Positions 1-9,679 of a stretch of DNA of 64,000 bases are shown in pieces (position 1 is the stretch's first letter; each line of letters begins with the position of its first letter). The position numbers and the translations under genes were made by a program. The notes beneath the pieces are model-generated. The model made no database searches. It was given only the letters and a program-made list of their open reading frames with translations, and was not told where the DNA came from. Source of the DNA: Thermoproteota archaeon (GTDB lineage: Archaea; Korarchaeota; Korarchaeia; Korarchaeales; JAOZGB01); NCBI GenBank assembly GCA_037917685.1, contig JAVCBU010000006.1:160001-224000 (forward strand), in the 5' to 3' direction.

Positions 1-25
1 TATCGACCTCTATTTTGGCTCTCAT
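1..25 (-). CDS. pstB: Phosphate ABC transporter ATPase, 5' fragment (runs off window)
   Basis: ATG at 25 reads MRAKIEVD..., immediately after the pstA stop; pstSCAB order. Confidence 0.6.
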
Positions 26-27
26 AG

Positions 28-864
28 CTACCACTTCCATTTTTTACGGTAGTGAACTCTCATCAAATATGCAAAAATATTGAGTATCACAACCACTCCA
101 AGCAGAACGAGGGCCATTGCGAAAGCACGATCGAGAGATACGCTTGGGCTAGCTACTAATAGTGTGTAAAGTTGGTACGTGAGAACCATAACGGGCTGAA
201 AAGGCGTAGAAGGTAGTCCTTTCATTAGGAAAACGGAGCATGTGAAAAGAATAGCCGCTGTTTCGCCAGCAATTCTGCTTATCCCAAGTATAGTGCTTGT
301 TGCAAGCCCGGGCGTCGCCGTTGGCAAGACGACGTCCTTTATCACCCTCCATTTCGGGGCTCCTAAGGCTTCGGCGGCTACCCTGAAACTTTTAGGCACC
401 ATCCTTAAGGCTTCTTGGGATCCCTTAACTATTATTGGAAGTACCATACAGGTGAGTGTTAGCCATCCTGAAAGGAGAGATATTCCAAGCCCCAGGAACC
501 TGCAGAAGAATGCATATCCGAAAAGCCCGAAAACTATTGACGGAACTCCAGCCAAGTTATTCATCGCTTGAGTAATCATTCGGTTCACTCGGCCTTTTGG
601 AGCGTATTCCACGAGGTACACAGCGGTAGCCACGCCTAGCGGTGAGGCTATGACTAGAGTTCCGGCTAAGAGGTAAAGAGTCCCTATCACCGATTCGTAT
701 ATTCCTCCCTTATGAACACTCGTGGTCAACATCTTCCAGTTTACTGCCGGCAAACCTTCAATTCCAATAAACAGGATTATTGAAAGGAAAGCTAGAAGCA
801 AAATGACTGCTGGGAAAGCAAGCAAGAACGAAATTGCCTTCTCCTTAACGAATTTGGTTTTCAT
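28..864 (-). CDS. pstA: Phosphate ABC transporter permease PstA
   Basis: TM helices, LAGVPSIVFGLFG, EAA loop ALGAPKW, GETAAI. Confidence 0.95.
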   Translation of the reverse strand: MKTKFVKEKAISFLLAFPAVILLLAFLSIILFIGIEGLPAVNWKMLTTSVHKGGIYESVIGTLYLLAGTLVIASPLGVATAVYLVEYAPKGRVNRMITQAMNNLAGVPSIVFGLFGYAFFCRFLGLGISLLSGWLTLTCMVLPIIVKGSQEALRMVPKSFRVAAEALGAPKWRVIKDVVLPTATPGLATSTILGISRIAGETAAILFTCSVFLMKGLPSTPFQPVMVLTYQLYTLLVASPSVSLDRAFAMALVLLGVVVILNIFAYLMRVHYRKKWKW

Positions 865-1787
865 ATTTGGACCGTCCCCTTTGGAGCCTTTCTTAGAATG
901 AAATCCGCAATGGCATTAACTATGAATGTAATGGTGAAGAGTATAACACCCAACCCAAACAAAGCATGGTAGTGCAAGCTTCCCCAGGCTACTTCTCCCA
1001 TATCTAAAGCTATGGCGGCCGTTAAGGTATGGACTGGTTCAAAATAGTTCCAAGGCGGAGATGGAATCTTAGGTACGCATCCGCACACCATTAAAACGGC
1101 TACAGTTTCTCCTATGGCTCTTCCGAAGGCGAGCAGTATGGAAGCCACAATGCCTGGCTTCGCTGTCGGAAGGACCACAGACCTCAAAGTTTGCCATTTG
1201 GTTGCGCCGAGCGCCAATGAAGCCTTTCGGTACTCCTTTGGAACAGAAAAGATAACTTCGCTGGAAATGCTTACAATTGTCGGCACGGTCATTATTGACA
1301 AGATTATGGAGGCTGTTAGCGCGACCTTTCCAAAACTTAAATTGAAAAACTCCATGATTCTGGGAGCCAGAAACACGAATCCGAAAAATCCGTAAACTAT
1401 GGACGGAATGGCAGCCAATAACTCTATTATTGGTTTTAACAAATCTCCTAACCAGCGAGGGGCATATTCCGCTAGGAACACGGCGGTAAAAATACCCAGC
1501 GGAACAGAAATTACAAGGCTTCCAAAAACTATCATAAGCGAACCGTAAAGAAGTGGAAAGGCTCCAAAACTCCTGTAATATGGCTCCCACCTTTGCCCAA
1601 ACAAAAAGTTTGAAAGACCCATACTCGTGAATGCTGGTGCCCCCTCCTTTAAAACAAAAGCAGTTATCAGAAATAGAATCAGAACTGAGGCTGATGCTAA
1701 TATAAATAGGACTATTTCTGCCTTATCTTCAATGTAAATCTTGGGATTCTTGAAGTATAAAAATTTGGAGTTTTTCAGAGGCATCAA
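861..1787 (-). CDS. pstC: Phosphate ABC transporter permease PstC
   Basis: LAAIPSIVYGFFG, ALGATKW, GRAIGETVAV. Confidence 0.95.
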   Translation of the reverse strand: MMPLKNSKFLYFKNPKIYIEDKAEIVLFILASASVLILFLITAFVLKEGAPAFTSMGLSNFLFGQRWEPYYRSFGAFPLLYGSLMIVFGSLVISVPLGIFTAVFLAEYAPRWLGDLLKPIIELLAAIPSIVYGFFGFVFLAPRIMEFFNLSFGKVALTASIILSIMTVPTIVSISSEVIFSVPKEYRKASLALGATKWQTLRSVVLPTAKPGIVASILLAFGRAIGETVAVLMVCGCVPKIPSPPWNYFEPVHTLTAAIALDMGEVAWGSLHYHALFGLGVILFTITFIVNAIADFILRKAPKGTVQI

Positions 1788-1796
1788 ATGCTCACC

Positions 1797-2744
1797 TTAT
1801 TCTTTTGGGTAAATGGCTATGTACCCGCATTGCTCAACCAATTTTTGGCCTTCCGGGCTCTTCACAAAATCTATGAAGCGGTCGGTTAGGGAACCGCTCT
1901 CCGGAATCCCGCTAGTCACCATGTATAGGTACCTTGAGAGCGGATAAACTCCTTCTTTTACGTTTTCGTATGTTGGAGCATAGAAGGGCCCGTTGCTTTC
2001 TTCGGCTACGTTGATGGCTTCAATATTACCCCATAGGAAGCCTAGGCCAATATAGCCTATGGAGTAGGGTGTTTGCTCCACACTCTGTCTCATTGCGGGA
2101 TTGCTTGGAACCTCCGATGCACCAGTCGTAACTTCGAGACCGAAGGGCTCCATACAGAATTCTTCGAATGTCGCTCTAGTTCCTGAACCATGTTCCCGTA
2201 CAAACACTACAATATCTTCGTTTGGAAGACCTTCCTTGACTTGGCTCCATTTTGAGTACACCCCGGCGAAAATCTTTCCAATCTCTTCTAGAGTTAGATT
2301 TAACGGGCCGTTTAAGCCTTCCGTCACGCTGGGATGCACAATTACAGCTATTCCGTCTATGGCTATCTCGTGAAGAATAAATGTTACTCCTTTCTGCCTT
2401 GCCGCATCCAATTCGCTTGGTTTAGGTTTTCTGGAAGCATCTGCGATGTCGCACAAGCCGTCGATGAGTTCACTGTAACCCCGACCGCTTCCGCCACCTT
2501 CAACTACTATACTAGTCGTATTGTATAATTCCATAAACCTGATTGCGCATGCATTAGCTATTGGAAGAACCGTAGTTGATCCCACAACCCTTATGCTCTG
2601 GTGTCTCCAAGTGCTATCTTGAGGAAAGGATTGCTGAATAGCTCCTTGATTCAGCAGCATTGGAGCTAAAATAAACGTCCCAATTAATAGTCCAGCTATT
2701 AGCATTGAAATGCTTAAAGCCGATATTTTTGCAGATACTCTCAT
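1797..2744 (-). CDS. pstS: Phosphate-binding protein PstS (start reassigned to ATG 2744)
   Basis: N-terminal anchor, GSTTVLP, GGGSG, REHGSGT motifs. Confidence 0.93.
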   Translation of the reverse strand: MRVSAKISALSISMLIAGLLIGTFILAPMLLNQGAIQQSFPQDSTWRHQSIRVVGSTTVLPIANACAIRFMELYNTTSIVVEGGGSGRGYSELIDGLCDIADASRKPKPSELDAARQKGVTFILHEIAIDGIAVIVHPSVTEGLNGPLNLTLEEIGKIFAGVYSKWSQVKEGLPNEDIVVFVREHGSGTRATFEEFCMEPFGLEVTTGASEVPSNPAMRQSVEQTPYSIGYIGLGFLWGNIEAINVAEESNGPFYAPTYENVKEGVYPLSRYLYMVTSGIPESGSLTDRFIDFVKSPEGQKLVEQCGYIAIYPKE

Positions 2745-2818
2745 AGATTTCACCAAAAATATTAATATGGCAATAATTATATAGTTTCTCGCCGTAACCT
2801 CAATAGACGTAAGACAAA

Positions 2819-2837
2819 TATGTAGATCTATGTAGAT
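2819..2837. promoter_or_regulatory. Tandem TATGTAGAT repeat (10-bp period) in the divergent pstS/phoU promoter; possible operator
   Basis: TATGTAGAT at 2819-2827 and 2829-2837. Confidence 0.4.
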
Positions 2838-2855
2838 TATTATTAGGTGAAATCC

Positions 2856-3881
2856 ATGAAAGGTTCCTCGCAACTAAGAAAGGTTCAACTGACAGGCGGT
2901 TCAACATATGTGGTTTCACTGCCTAAGAATTGGGCGAGAGTCGCGGGCATAAAACCGGGAGACTATGTGCAATTAATTCTCCAGCCTGACATGTCTCTAT
3001 TAATAGTTCCGGGAGAAGGAAAGAAAAAGGAGGAACTCTCTGAAGTCCTTATAGATGCGTCCCTAGCAGAAAATCCAGAGGATATAGCAAGAGAGTTCAT
3101 AGCTTGTTACTTAGTTGGTTATGACATAGTGCGTCTAAGGCTTGGAAGAAAAGCGGCCGAGCTCCGCACTTACATTAAGAATGTGATGAGGCACAAACTA
3201 GTAGGCGTAGAAATAATAGCTGAATCAGCTAATTACATGGCAGCCCGATGCTTGCTCGGGCACGTCGAGTTTCCGGTTAAGGATGCACTAAGCCGAATGC
3301 ACACGATGGCCTTATCGATGCATAAAGATGCAATAGTAGCCTTAAGGGAAAGGGACATTTCTCTAGCACATGATGTGGTGCAAAGAGACGACGAAATAGA
3401 CCGCCTCTACTTCTTCGTTGTTAGACAACTGAAAATGGTAGTTGAAAAAAGGTTTATGATAGAGGAAATGGGCTTGAAAAGCCTAAGGGACTGCTTAGGC
3501 TACAGGCTGGTCGCCAAAAGCATCGAAAGAATAGCGGATCATGCTGCAAGAATGGCTCAAACGATAACGACCATGGAATACCAAAGCATTCCAGACGGCA
3601 TTATGGCCCTAACTACTAATATGAGTGCACTCTCAACAGAGATCTGCCAGAATGCCATGAAAGCTCTCTATCAGCTTAACACTAAAAAAGCGAATCAAGC
3701 AATAGCGGAAACCGCCCAAATCACCGAACTAGAAGAGAAGGCGATAAAACTAATCTTAGAAACCAAGCTACACATTACAGTAGTTATCGGTTTAAGGCTA
3801 ATATTGGAAAGCATCCGAAGGGCAGCAGAATATGGTGCAGACATAGCAGAAATAGCTATAAATCTTACAAAAAAGCTATGA
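2856..3881 (+). CDS. phoU: Phosphate uptake regulator, AbrB/SpoVT domain plus PhoU domains
   Basis: RKVQLTGGSTYVVSLPK; DDEIDRLY and ERIADHA PhoU motifs. Confidence 0.92.
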   Translation: MKGSSQLRKVQLTGGSTYVVSLPKNWARVAGIKPGDYVQLILQPDMSLLIVPGEGKKKEELSEVLIDASLAENPEDIAREFIACYLVGYDIVRLRLGRKAAELRTYIKNVMRHKLVGVEIIAESANYMAARCLLGHVEFPVKDALSRMHTMALSMHKDAIVALRERDISLAHDVVQRDDEIDRLYFFVVRQLKMVVEKRFMIEEMGLKSLRDCLGYRLVAKSIERIADHAARMAQTITTMEYQSIPDGIMALTTNMSALSTEICQNAMKALYQLNTKKANQAIAETAQITELEEKAIKLILETKLHITVVIGLRLILESIRRAAEYGADIAEIAINLTKKL

Positions 3882-4124
3882 GCTTCACGCAAATCCAGTT
3901 TATGATAAGAATAGTACTCTAGCTAGGTCGTAATTGCAATCATGAGAAAAGATATTAACTCTTAGGGGGTAGTGGATTTCTTTCAAAACTTCTTGCTGAC
4001 ATGTACAAGTGTTACAAGAAAAACTAGGGTAAGGGTTGTGAAAAGAGTGAAATCCTGAAATCCAATTTTTCACGTCTATTTCCAAAAAATATCCACAGAA
4101 CATGGAGAAAGACGCAGATTAAAA

Positions 4125-4214
4125 TGGTGCTCCGGGCGGGATTTGAACCCGCGTCTACGGCTCGAGAGGCCGTTATGCTTTCGGTCAGTGTTGGCCGGGC
4201 TACACCACCGGAGC
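4125..4214 (-). tRNA. tRNA-Glu(CTC) with encoded CCA and a 12-nt D-loop intron (4180-4191)
   Basis: Cloverleaf GCTCCGG/CCGGAGC, anticodon loop CT-CTC-GA, TTCAAAT; relaxed BHB. Confidence 0.92.
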
Positions 4215-4216
4215 AA

Positions 4217-4801
4217 TTAAGTATAGTCACTTCTAAATTTATAACCTTTGAGCCTCAACCTTATACTATTCAGAAGTTTTATATTCTCCTCTGTTAACCA
4301 GTTTACATGGTCATTAATGTCTCTTCCTTCAAGTATCTGCTTTACTAACTTGACTGTTTGTAGCGGTGTTCTTTTTGAAACGTCTATTTCTAAGGTTTTA
4401 ATTCCCCTGTGACGGGCTTCCCATGTTATTACTCCGATTATCTCTGCCTCTAAATTTTCTAATATTTTGTGCCTATTTTCCTGGTCGTATCTTCGAAGTA
4501 GTCTTTTGTATAATAGTTTAGGTTCACATCTTAGCACTATCGCAATCTCTACTGGCAGTAGGTGAGAGATATGGCCTTCCAAAATAACTGTTTCTACTGT
4601 CTTAATATCTCTTACATACCTTTCTAAGCCCTCTATATCGGCTATCCTATCCCCTTCTTCTGATCTAAGGCTGAATCTCTCTATTATTAGCTTGTTGAGG
4701 TTTATTACTCTGATATCTCTATGGGTAGCTAATAAGTTAGCTATTGTGCTTTTACCGACACAGGGTACCCCTGTGAGAGCTACTAATTTATAGATCCCCA
4801 T
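4217..4801 (-). CDS. Adenylate kinase AK6/Fap7 family
   Basis: GVPCVGKST P-loop, ILEGH, ENLEAE. Confidence 0.88.
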   Translation of the reverse strand: MGIYKLVALTGVPCVGKSTIANLLATHRDIRVINLNKLIIERFSLRSEEGDRIADIEGLERYVRDIKTVETVILEGHISHLLPVEIAIVLRCEPKLLYKRLLRRYDQENRHKILENLEAEIIGVITWEARHRGIKTLEIDVSKRTPLQTVKLVKQILEGRDINDHVNWLTEENIKLLNSIRLRLKGYKFRSDYT

Positions 4802-6537
4802 ATCTCTTCTCTTAAATTTCTTAATAATAAGTCATTAATTTTGAGAGTTCTTTTAGGTGGTTCGATCTTCACAGGATAGGCTTCTGGTTGATCCTTCAGT
4901 TTTAATAATGCGCAAGATTGTGGTAGGGATAATAATACCGTGCTTTGTTCCTTGTTTAGATTTAGTTGTCCTTGTAATAACCTAGCATCGCTAGTGGCCC
5001 CGATTGTGTGAACTATTTTTGTTGCTGTATTTATTATTATGTTTCTAGGGAGGTTTAAAGGTGATTGGGAGATTATGATAAAACCCTCACCAAATTTTCT
5101 TAGTTCAGATACCACCCTCTCTCCGATGCCTATCTGACCTTCAGGCTTTTTCCGTATTAGTTTTTCAGCTTCCTCTATCACTGTTACGTGGGTTAATGTT
5201 TCCGATTTTTTCTTAACCCTATAATCGTAGAGCAGCTTTAGAATTATATAGCTTAGGAAGTTTCTATGTTCATCATTCCTTAGGTGCGCCAATTCGATGC
5301 TAACAGGTTTGTCTAATATTCTTTCTAAATCCCAAACACTTTCAGAGTTAAGTATTCTTCCTAGTTGACCTCTAGTTAGCATCTCCAACCTTCTTAGTAT
5401 GGCTTTTTTTATTTCATACTCGGAAACAGACTGTTCTTTTAGGTTTTTTATACAATCAACAAGATCTCTGAGTGTAGGTTCTGTTTTTTCAGGGTCGAAC
5501 ATTGTATATAGGGTCTTAAGCGCTTTAGAAAGCAAGTAACACTGTGGCTGGGTTAGGGAATAAGTATCTTCAAATATACCTATTAGGAAGTCTATATGCT
5601 CGTCAACATCGATGCCTCTACGGATCTTAAGGGGATTAATAGTCAATGGAGAAATTTCAACACCTGGGGTGAAAACTTCCCCACCGAGAGGGACAACAAC
5701 GTCTCTGTACTCATTATGATAGTCTAAGATAAGTGAAGGGATTCCTCTAAGCCAAAGGTTTGTAATTATTCTTTTAGCAGTCGTAGATTTACCGCTACCA
5801 GTTCTCCCAAAAATGGCGATGTGGCTTAAAAAATCAGTTAAACCTATTCTTACAGGGTAATCCTTGGTTCCAGGCCATATATATCCTATTTTTATTCCTT
5901 TCTTTCGAGATATCGGTGTGGGGAATTCAACTCCTCTCAGAAGAACCATGTCCCTTTCTACTTTTATAGGTAGATTTAGGGTTTTCTCAACAGTTTGAAT
6001 TTTACCGCTGCTCGATGGATGTCTGAACAGTACGATTTTTCTTAATTCTTCTAAGCTCTGTTTTTTGTTCAAAATTTTAGCATTAAGCTGAGGGATTATT
6101 GCCTCGGTAATAGCTTTTATTTCATAAGCTTTTTGAACATTATTTTTCGCTCCCCATATCCACAGGGTTAAATCATATTTTAGTTTTTCATTATCTAAAT
6201 ATCTACCTTTTCCTATTTTGATAACGAACATGAAGTTTGGTGTCATGTTGATAAGTTTATTTATTAAGGCTCCCCAGCTGTTCCCTATATCTTTAACATT
6301 AGTTACATCTTCATTTATTTCTAATTTAATACAAGAAAAGTTGTTGGGTATATGTTTATTTCTTTTGATTTTTAGCAGGTAGTACATAGTCAGGTTCATT
6401 GCTATAATAAGGGTTAAGTAACTTATCATTCGCATGTTAAGTTCAATTCTTATATTGATCGTTTTATACAATCTGATAAGTAGCCCAAGTATAAACAATA
6501 GTAAATAGAAACTTATTTCTTTATTTCTCTTGTTCAA
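4783..6537 (-). CDS. Membrane-anchored HerA/VirB4-like ATPase (DUF87)
   Basis: Two N-terminal TM segments, HIAIFGRTGSGKS, LDYHNEY, VIEEAE, ELRKFG, SQSP. Confidence 0.85.
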   Translation of the reverse strand: MNKRNKEISFYLLLFILGLLIRLYKTINIRIELNMRMISYLTLIIAMNLTMYYLLKIKRNKHIPNNFSCIKLEINEDVTNVKDIGNSWGALINKLINMTPNFMFVIKIGKGRYLDNEKLKYDLTLWIWGAKNNVQKAYEIKAITEAIIPQLNAKILNKKQSLEELRKIVLFRHPSSSGKIQTVEKTLNLPIKVERDMVLLRGVEFPTPISRKKGIKIGYIWPGTKDYPVRIGLTDFLSHIAIFGRTGSGKSTTAKRIITNLWLRGIPSLILDYHNEYRDVVVPLGGEVFTPGVEISPLTINPLKIRRGIDVDEHIDFLIGIFEDTYSLTQPQCYLLSKALKTLYTMFDPEKTEPTLRDLVDCIKNLKEQSVSEYEIKKAILRRLEMLTRGQLGRILNSESVWDLERILDKPVSIELAHLRNDEHRNFLSYIILKLLYDYRVKKKSETLTHVTVIEEAEKLIRKKPEGQIGIGERVVSELRKFGEGFIIISQSPLNLPRNIIINTATKIVHTIGATSDARLLQGQLNLNKEQSTVLLSLPQSCALLKLKDQPEAYPVKIEPPKRTLKINDLLLRNLREEIWGSIN

Positions 6538-6645
6538 TTTTCTTAAGCCTCATTTCAATGTACTCTATTTTCTTATAAATTTCTAAGATCATTTCCGTAA
6601 ATCTTGCTAATTCCCATTCTATTTCCGCTATTTTATTTTCTCTTT

Positions 6646-7458
6646 TCATATGTTCTCCCTTATAATTTTATTATAATCTCTTATAGTTGTCTCATGAACT
6701 TTAAACTTTTTTGCCAATAATTCTTCAGTTAACATCTTTTTCAGATTGGTATCCCTTGTAGCAAGGTATACCGCCGAGATTGCAAGGATATAAGGGTTTT
6801 TCCCTACTATTCCTCTTTTTCGTATGTTTTCTAGCATTAATTCTGCCTTTGCTTTAACTTTGTCTAAGATTCCTGTTTCAATAATGTTTCTTAAACTATC
6901 GTCAAGATACCACGCTTCTTGTAATTCAGCTATTATTCTTCTAACGTATTCTTTCGGCATTACCACGTTCTTGAACCTTCGCCCATTTGGTGTCAACATG
7001 ATTCTTCCCATATTTTTCATCAATGTTTTCTTCTTGAGATTATATCCTAACTTTTGGAAACTTTCCATAACTTTTGTTACGGGAATAGGAGAGATATGCT
7101 TATACCGCCTTGTTCCCAATATCAACGCTATAGCAGCAAGATAAACATAATTAGTTAGATGAAGTTTCCTTTTATCAGCAAGTAGACTCTTAAAAATATA
7201 TTCCACGTGTAACCTTACCGGTTTAGGTAGATTAAACTGTTCACAAAGGGCCTTAAGTATTTTGTAGGAATTTAAAGCATAGGGGGTATAGATACTAGTT
7301 GGGATTCCTACTACATGTATCCTATCACGATCATCACACCATGACTTTTTTTCGAAGATTGTCTGAGGATGGACTAGGCCACATTTAGGACAAACAAGGT
7401 CCCAGCCATCTATTATTAGTATTTCTCCGCACTTCTCGCATCTTTGGTTTCGACTCAT
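6646..7458 (-). CDS. Divergent TFB (TFIIB) paralog
   Basis: CEKCG...VCPKCGLV Zn ribbon; cyclin-fold repeats, GKNPY, C-terminal VHETTIR helix. Confidence 0.75.
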   Translation of the reverse strand: MSRNQRCEKCGEILIIDGWDLVCPKCGLVHPQTIFEKKSWCDDRDRIHVVGIPTSIYTPYALNSYKILKALCEQFNLPKPVRLHVEYIFKSLLADKRKLHLTNYVYLAAIALILGTRRYKHISPIPVTKVMESFQKLGYNLKKKTLMKNMGRIMLTPNGRRFKNVVMPKEYVRRIIAELQEAWYLDDSLRNIIETGILDKVKAKAELMLENIRKRGIVGKNPYILAISAVYLATRDTNLKKMLTEELLAKKFKVHETTIRDYNKIIRENI

Positions 7459-7535
7459 ACATGGAAATATCTTACAAGCTAGTATAAATTACTTTAAGAA
7501 CAAATAACTTATTAGAATAGTATTTATAGCTATAG

Positions 7536-7644
7536 GGAGGGGGTGACTTAAAGTTGCTAATTTTTTTGAATTAAGAGTTGAGACTAACACCCCGGTGGTA
7601 ACACCGAGGAGGGGGTGACTTAAAGTTGCTAATTTTTTTGAATT
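7536..7644. repeat. Perfect 37-bp direct repeat (7536-7572, 7608-7644) with 35-bp spacer containing a hairpin
   Basis: GGAGGGGGTGACTTAAAGTTGCTAATTTTTTTGAATT twice; spacer contains CGGTG-GTAA-CACCG. Confidence 0.95.
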
Positions 7645-7674
7645 TTTAGGATAAGTAGTTGATGTGGTGTCTCA

Positions 7675-8103
7675 TTGGAGAGTCCGGATAGACTTTTCTT
7701 AAAGGAAATGTTAGGTATGTTAGGTAGGGAAGTTATTGTCAAATCCTCTGGCAATAAGACTTACAGAGGGATACTAAAAGGATATAACTCTAAAAACATG
7801 AGTTTATCCCTAATTAATGTTGAATCTTCAGATGGCACGAGATATCATAGAATGATAATTGCTGGGCATAACGTGCTTGAAATTTACCAGCTTGAGCCTC
7901 CCCTGAATTTAGAAGAGCTTGCAGAGAGACTTAAGCAAGTTTTTAAAGGGGATCTTGTGCATTATGATAAGGAAAATAAGGTGATTAGCATAATGCACGA
8001 CCAGGTTCGCGTTACTGAGCAAGGTGTTAAAGGAAGCGGTCCAGCATATGAGCGTGTTAAAAAAATGTTTGAAGATTTCGTCAAAGAGAAGAGAGGAGGT
8101 TAA
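7675..8103 (+). CDS. Sm-like protein with C-terminal Lsm_C domain (SmAP3 type)
   Basis: Sm1 motif (GKTYRGILKGYN-like, MSLSL) plus C-terminal domain ...VRVTEQGVKGSGP. Confidence 0.85.
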   Translation: MESPDRLFLKEMLGMLGREVIVKSSGNKTYRGILKGYNSKNMSLSLINVESSDGTRYHRMIIAGHNVLEIYQLEPPLNLEELAERLKQVFKGDLVHYDKENKVISIMHDQVRVTEQGVKGSGPAYERVKKMFEDFVKEKRGG

Positions 8104-8134
8104 GTACTCCAATAATCTAGTGAACCAATGAATA

Positions 8135-8569
8135 ATGCCTGAAAAGAATAAACTTGTCATGCTAAGAAACAGGATTATCGAGTACAAACGTATAATTAGA
8201 TTAGCTGAGCAATCTATAGTCTATGGTGGGGATAAATTAGCAATAACGTTGATATATCAAGCAGCAACCGTGATCTTAAATGCAATAAACGAGACGGGGA
8301 ACTTGTTCCCTCCCACTCTTAAATCTAAAGTCATGATAATCAAGAAAGAATGCGTTAAAAAGTTAGAGGGGGGTTGCAACAACTTGGCTATAAAGCAAGC
8401 ACTAGAACAAGCCTTAGAAGTAATCCCAAAGATAGATCTAGTGCTTTTTAAAATGATTAAAGCTTATACGGAGGGCAATTCAGCAGTTTCTACGTCTTCC
8501 TCACTTTCATCCGGGATCTCATCGAATAGATTCTCACAAGCTTCTCATCCAAGACTATATAGTCCCTAA
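8135..8569 (+). CDS. Hypothetical helical protein
   Basis: 144-aa ORF; 3' tail overlaps the convergent gene. Confidence 0.55.
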   Translation: MPEKNKLVMLRNRIIEYKRIIRLAEQSIVYGGDKLAITLIYQAATVILNAINETGNLFPPTLKSKVMIIKKECVKKLEGGCNNLAIKQALEQALEVIPKIDLVLFKMIKAYTEGNSAVSTSSSLSSGISSNRFSQASHPRLYSP

Positions 8570-8792
8570 CATGTTTAACCGTTGTAAACGGTATCAATAC
8601 ATTACCTCCCTTGTCATGTGGGAGGGTCCGGATAAGCTCCTGAACAAGCTCATCCTTAGAAGGTCTGCAAGCTAATCTCAAGGCTTTTCCAGTGGTTTCG
8701 TCCACAACCATGTCCACTAACTCCCCTATAGGTAGGCCTCTATCTGTTATAACCTGTTTCCTAGCAAGCCTTCCAATCGAGTATCTTGCCAC
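8490..8792 (-). CDS. PRC-barrel domain protein
   Basis: KQVITDRGLPIGELVDMVVDETTG...IPFTTVKHVRDYIVL. Confidence 0.85.
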   Translation of the reverse strand: MARYSIGRLARKQVITDRGLPIGELVDMVVDETTGKALRLACRPSKDELVQELIRTLPHDKGGNVLIPFTTVKHVRDYIVLDEKLVRIYSMRSRMKVRKT

Positions 8793-8825
8793 AAATCGTA
8801 ACTATTTTATACTAAGTAATAAAGT

Positions 8826-9008
8826 TTACAGTTTCTTCCTGGCTAGTATAGGAAAAGCAAAGGCTGCTATTAACAGTAGATCGATAACTAAAAAGAACAT
8901 TTTTAGTTCGCTTATAACTTTAACATATTGATATTGATACCATGCTAATACAATCATAAACGTAACGAACAAAAGAAATAGTACGATTCTAATAGCTATC
9001 AATCTCAT
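8826..9008 (-). CDS. Small two-TM membrane protein
   Basis: Two hydrophobic helices, basic C-terminus. Confidence 0.6.
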   Translation of the reverse strand: MRLIAIRIVLFLLFVTFMIVLAWYQYQYVKVISELKMFFLVIDLLLIAAFAFPILARKKL

Positions 9009-9064
9009 GGTCCATGCACAAAGTTTTTGTTATCTCAAAACTTTAAATTCTTTGGTGATGAGTC

Positions 9065-9244
9065 TTGGAGGTTAAGTGTCCATGGTGTGGTGCAAAAATA
9101 AATATATCACCTCCGTATACCCACCTCTGTCCGGAATGTAAAATGCCGATACTTGTCAAAACAGTAAAAATGCCGAATGGAAAATTTATAATACAGGTAG
9201 TCCAGGACAGAAGGCCTGCTAAACAGAGAATGCGAGGTACATAA
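9065..9244 (+). CDS. rpoP: Zn-ribbon protein, probably RNA polymerase subunit Rpo12 (not in ORF track)
   Basis: TTG start after GGTGA; MEVKCPWCGAKI...LCPECKMPILVK; upstream of prefoldin beta as in the conserved cluster. Confidence 0.6.
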   Translation: MEVKCPWCGAKINISPPYTHLCPECKMPILVKTVKMPNGKFIIQVVQDRRPAKQRMRGT

Positions 9245-9265
9245 GCTTTATTGAGGTGTGTTCAA

Positions 9266-9679
9266 ATGGCAACTCCAACAGGAGATGTAGGAACCATACT
9301 GGCTAAACTGCCAGATGATATCAAGTCCAAGCTTTCACAGTTATCTCAAGAATACGAGATTAAAATAAGGGAGTACGAAAATACTGCAATCCAGCTGAGA
9401 AGTATGGAGTCCGAAAAAGCTAGTGTGGAACGTGCATTACAAAGGCTAGAAAAATTGTCGGAGGATGTTAAAATATACGAAAATCTAGACCTCATCCTTG
9501 TTGAGGTTAATAAGGATGAGGCAAAAGCAAATCTTCTAGACAGAAAGGAATTCTTAAAGCTTAATATTTCCAGGCTAAAAAAACAAGCAGAGGAAATCCT
9601 CAAAGCGGCTAGAAAAATAGACTCTGAGATTAGAGAGATACTTTCTGCGTATGGTCTATCACAGGGAGAGTCTAGCTGA
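9266..9679 (+). CDS. pfdB: Prefoldin beta subunit
   Basis: Coiled coil-hairpin-coil, KIYENLDLILVEV. Confidence 0.8.
   Translation: MATPTGDVGTILAKLPDDIKSKLSQLSQEYEIKIREYENTAIQLRSMESEKASVERALQRLEKLSEDVKIYENLDLILVEVNKDEAKANLLDRKEFLKLNISRLKKQAEEILKAARKIDSEIREILSAYGLSQGESS

Noticed and set aside
3900-4230. Short ORFs around tRNA-Glu
   Set aside because: They overlap the tRNA or have no protein-like features
7536-7644. 37-bp repeat/35-bp spacer as a CRISPR mini-array
   Set aside because: Only two units, no GAAA(C/G) terminus, no cas genes in the window, and the spacer is itself structured
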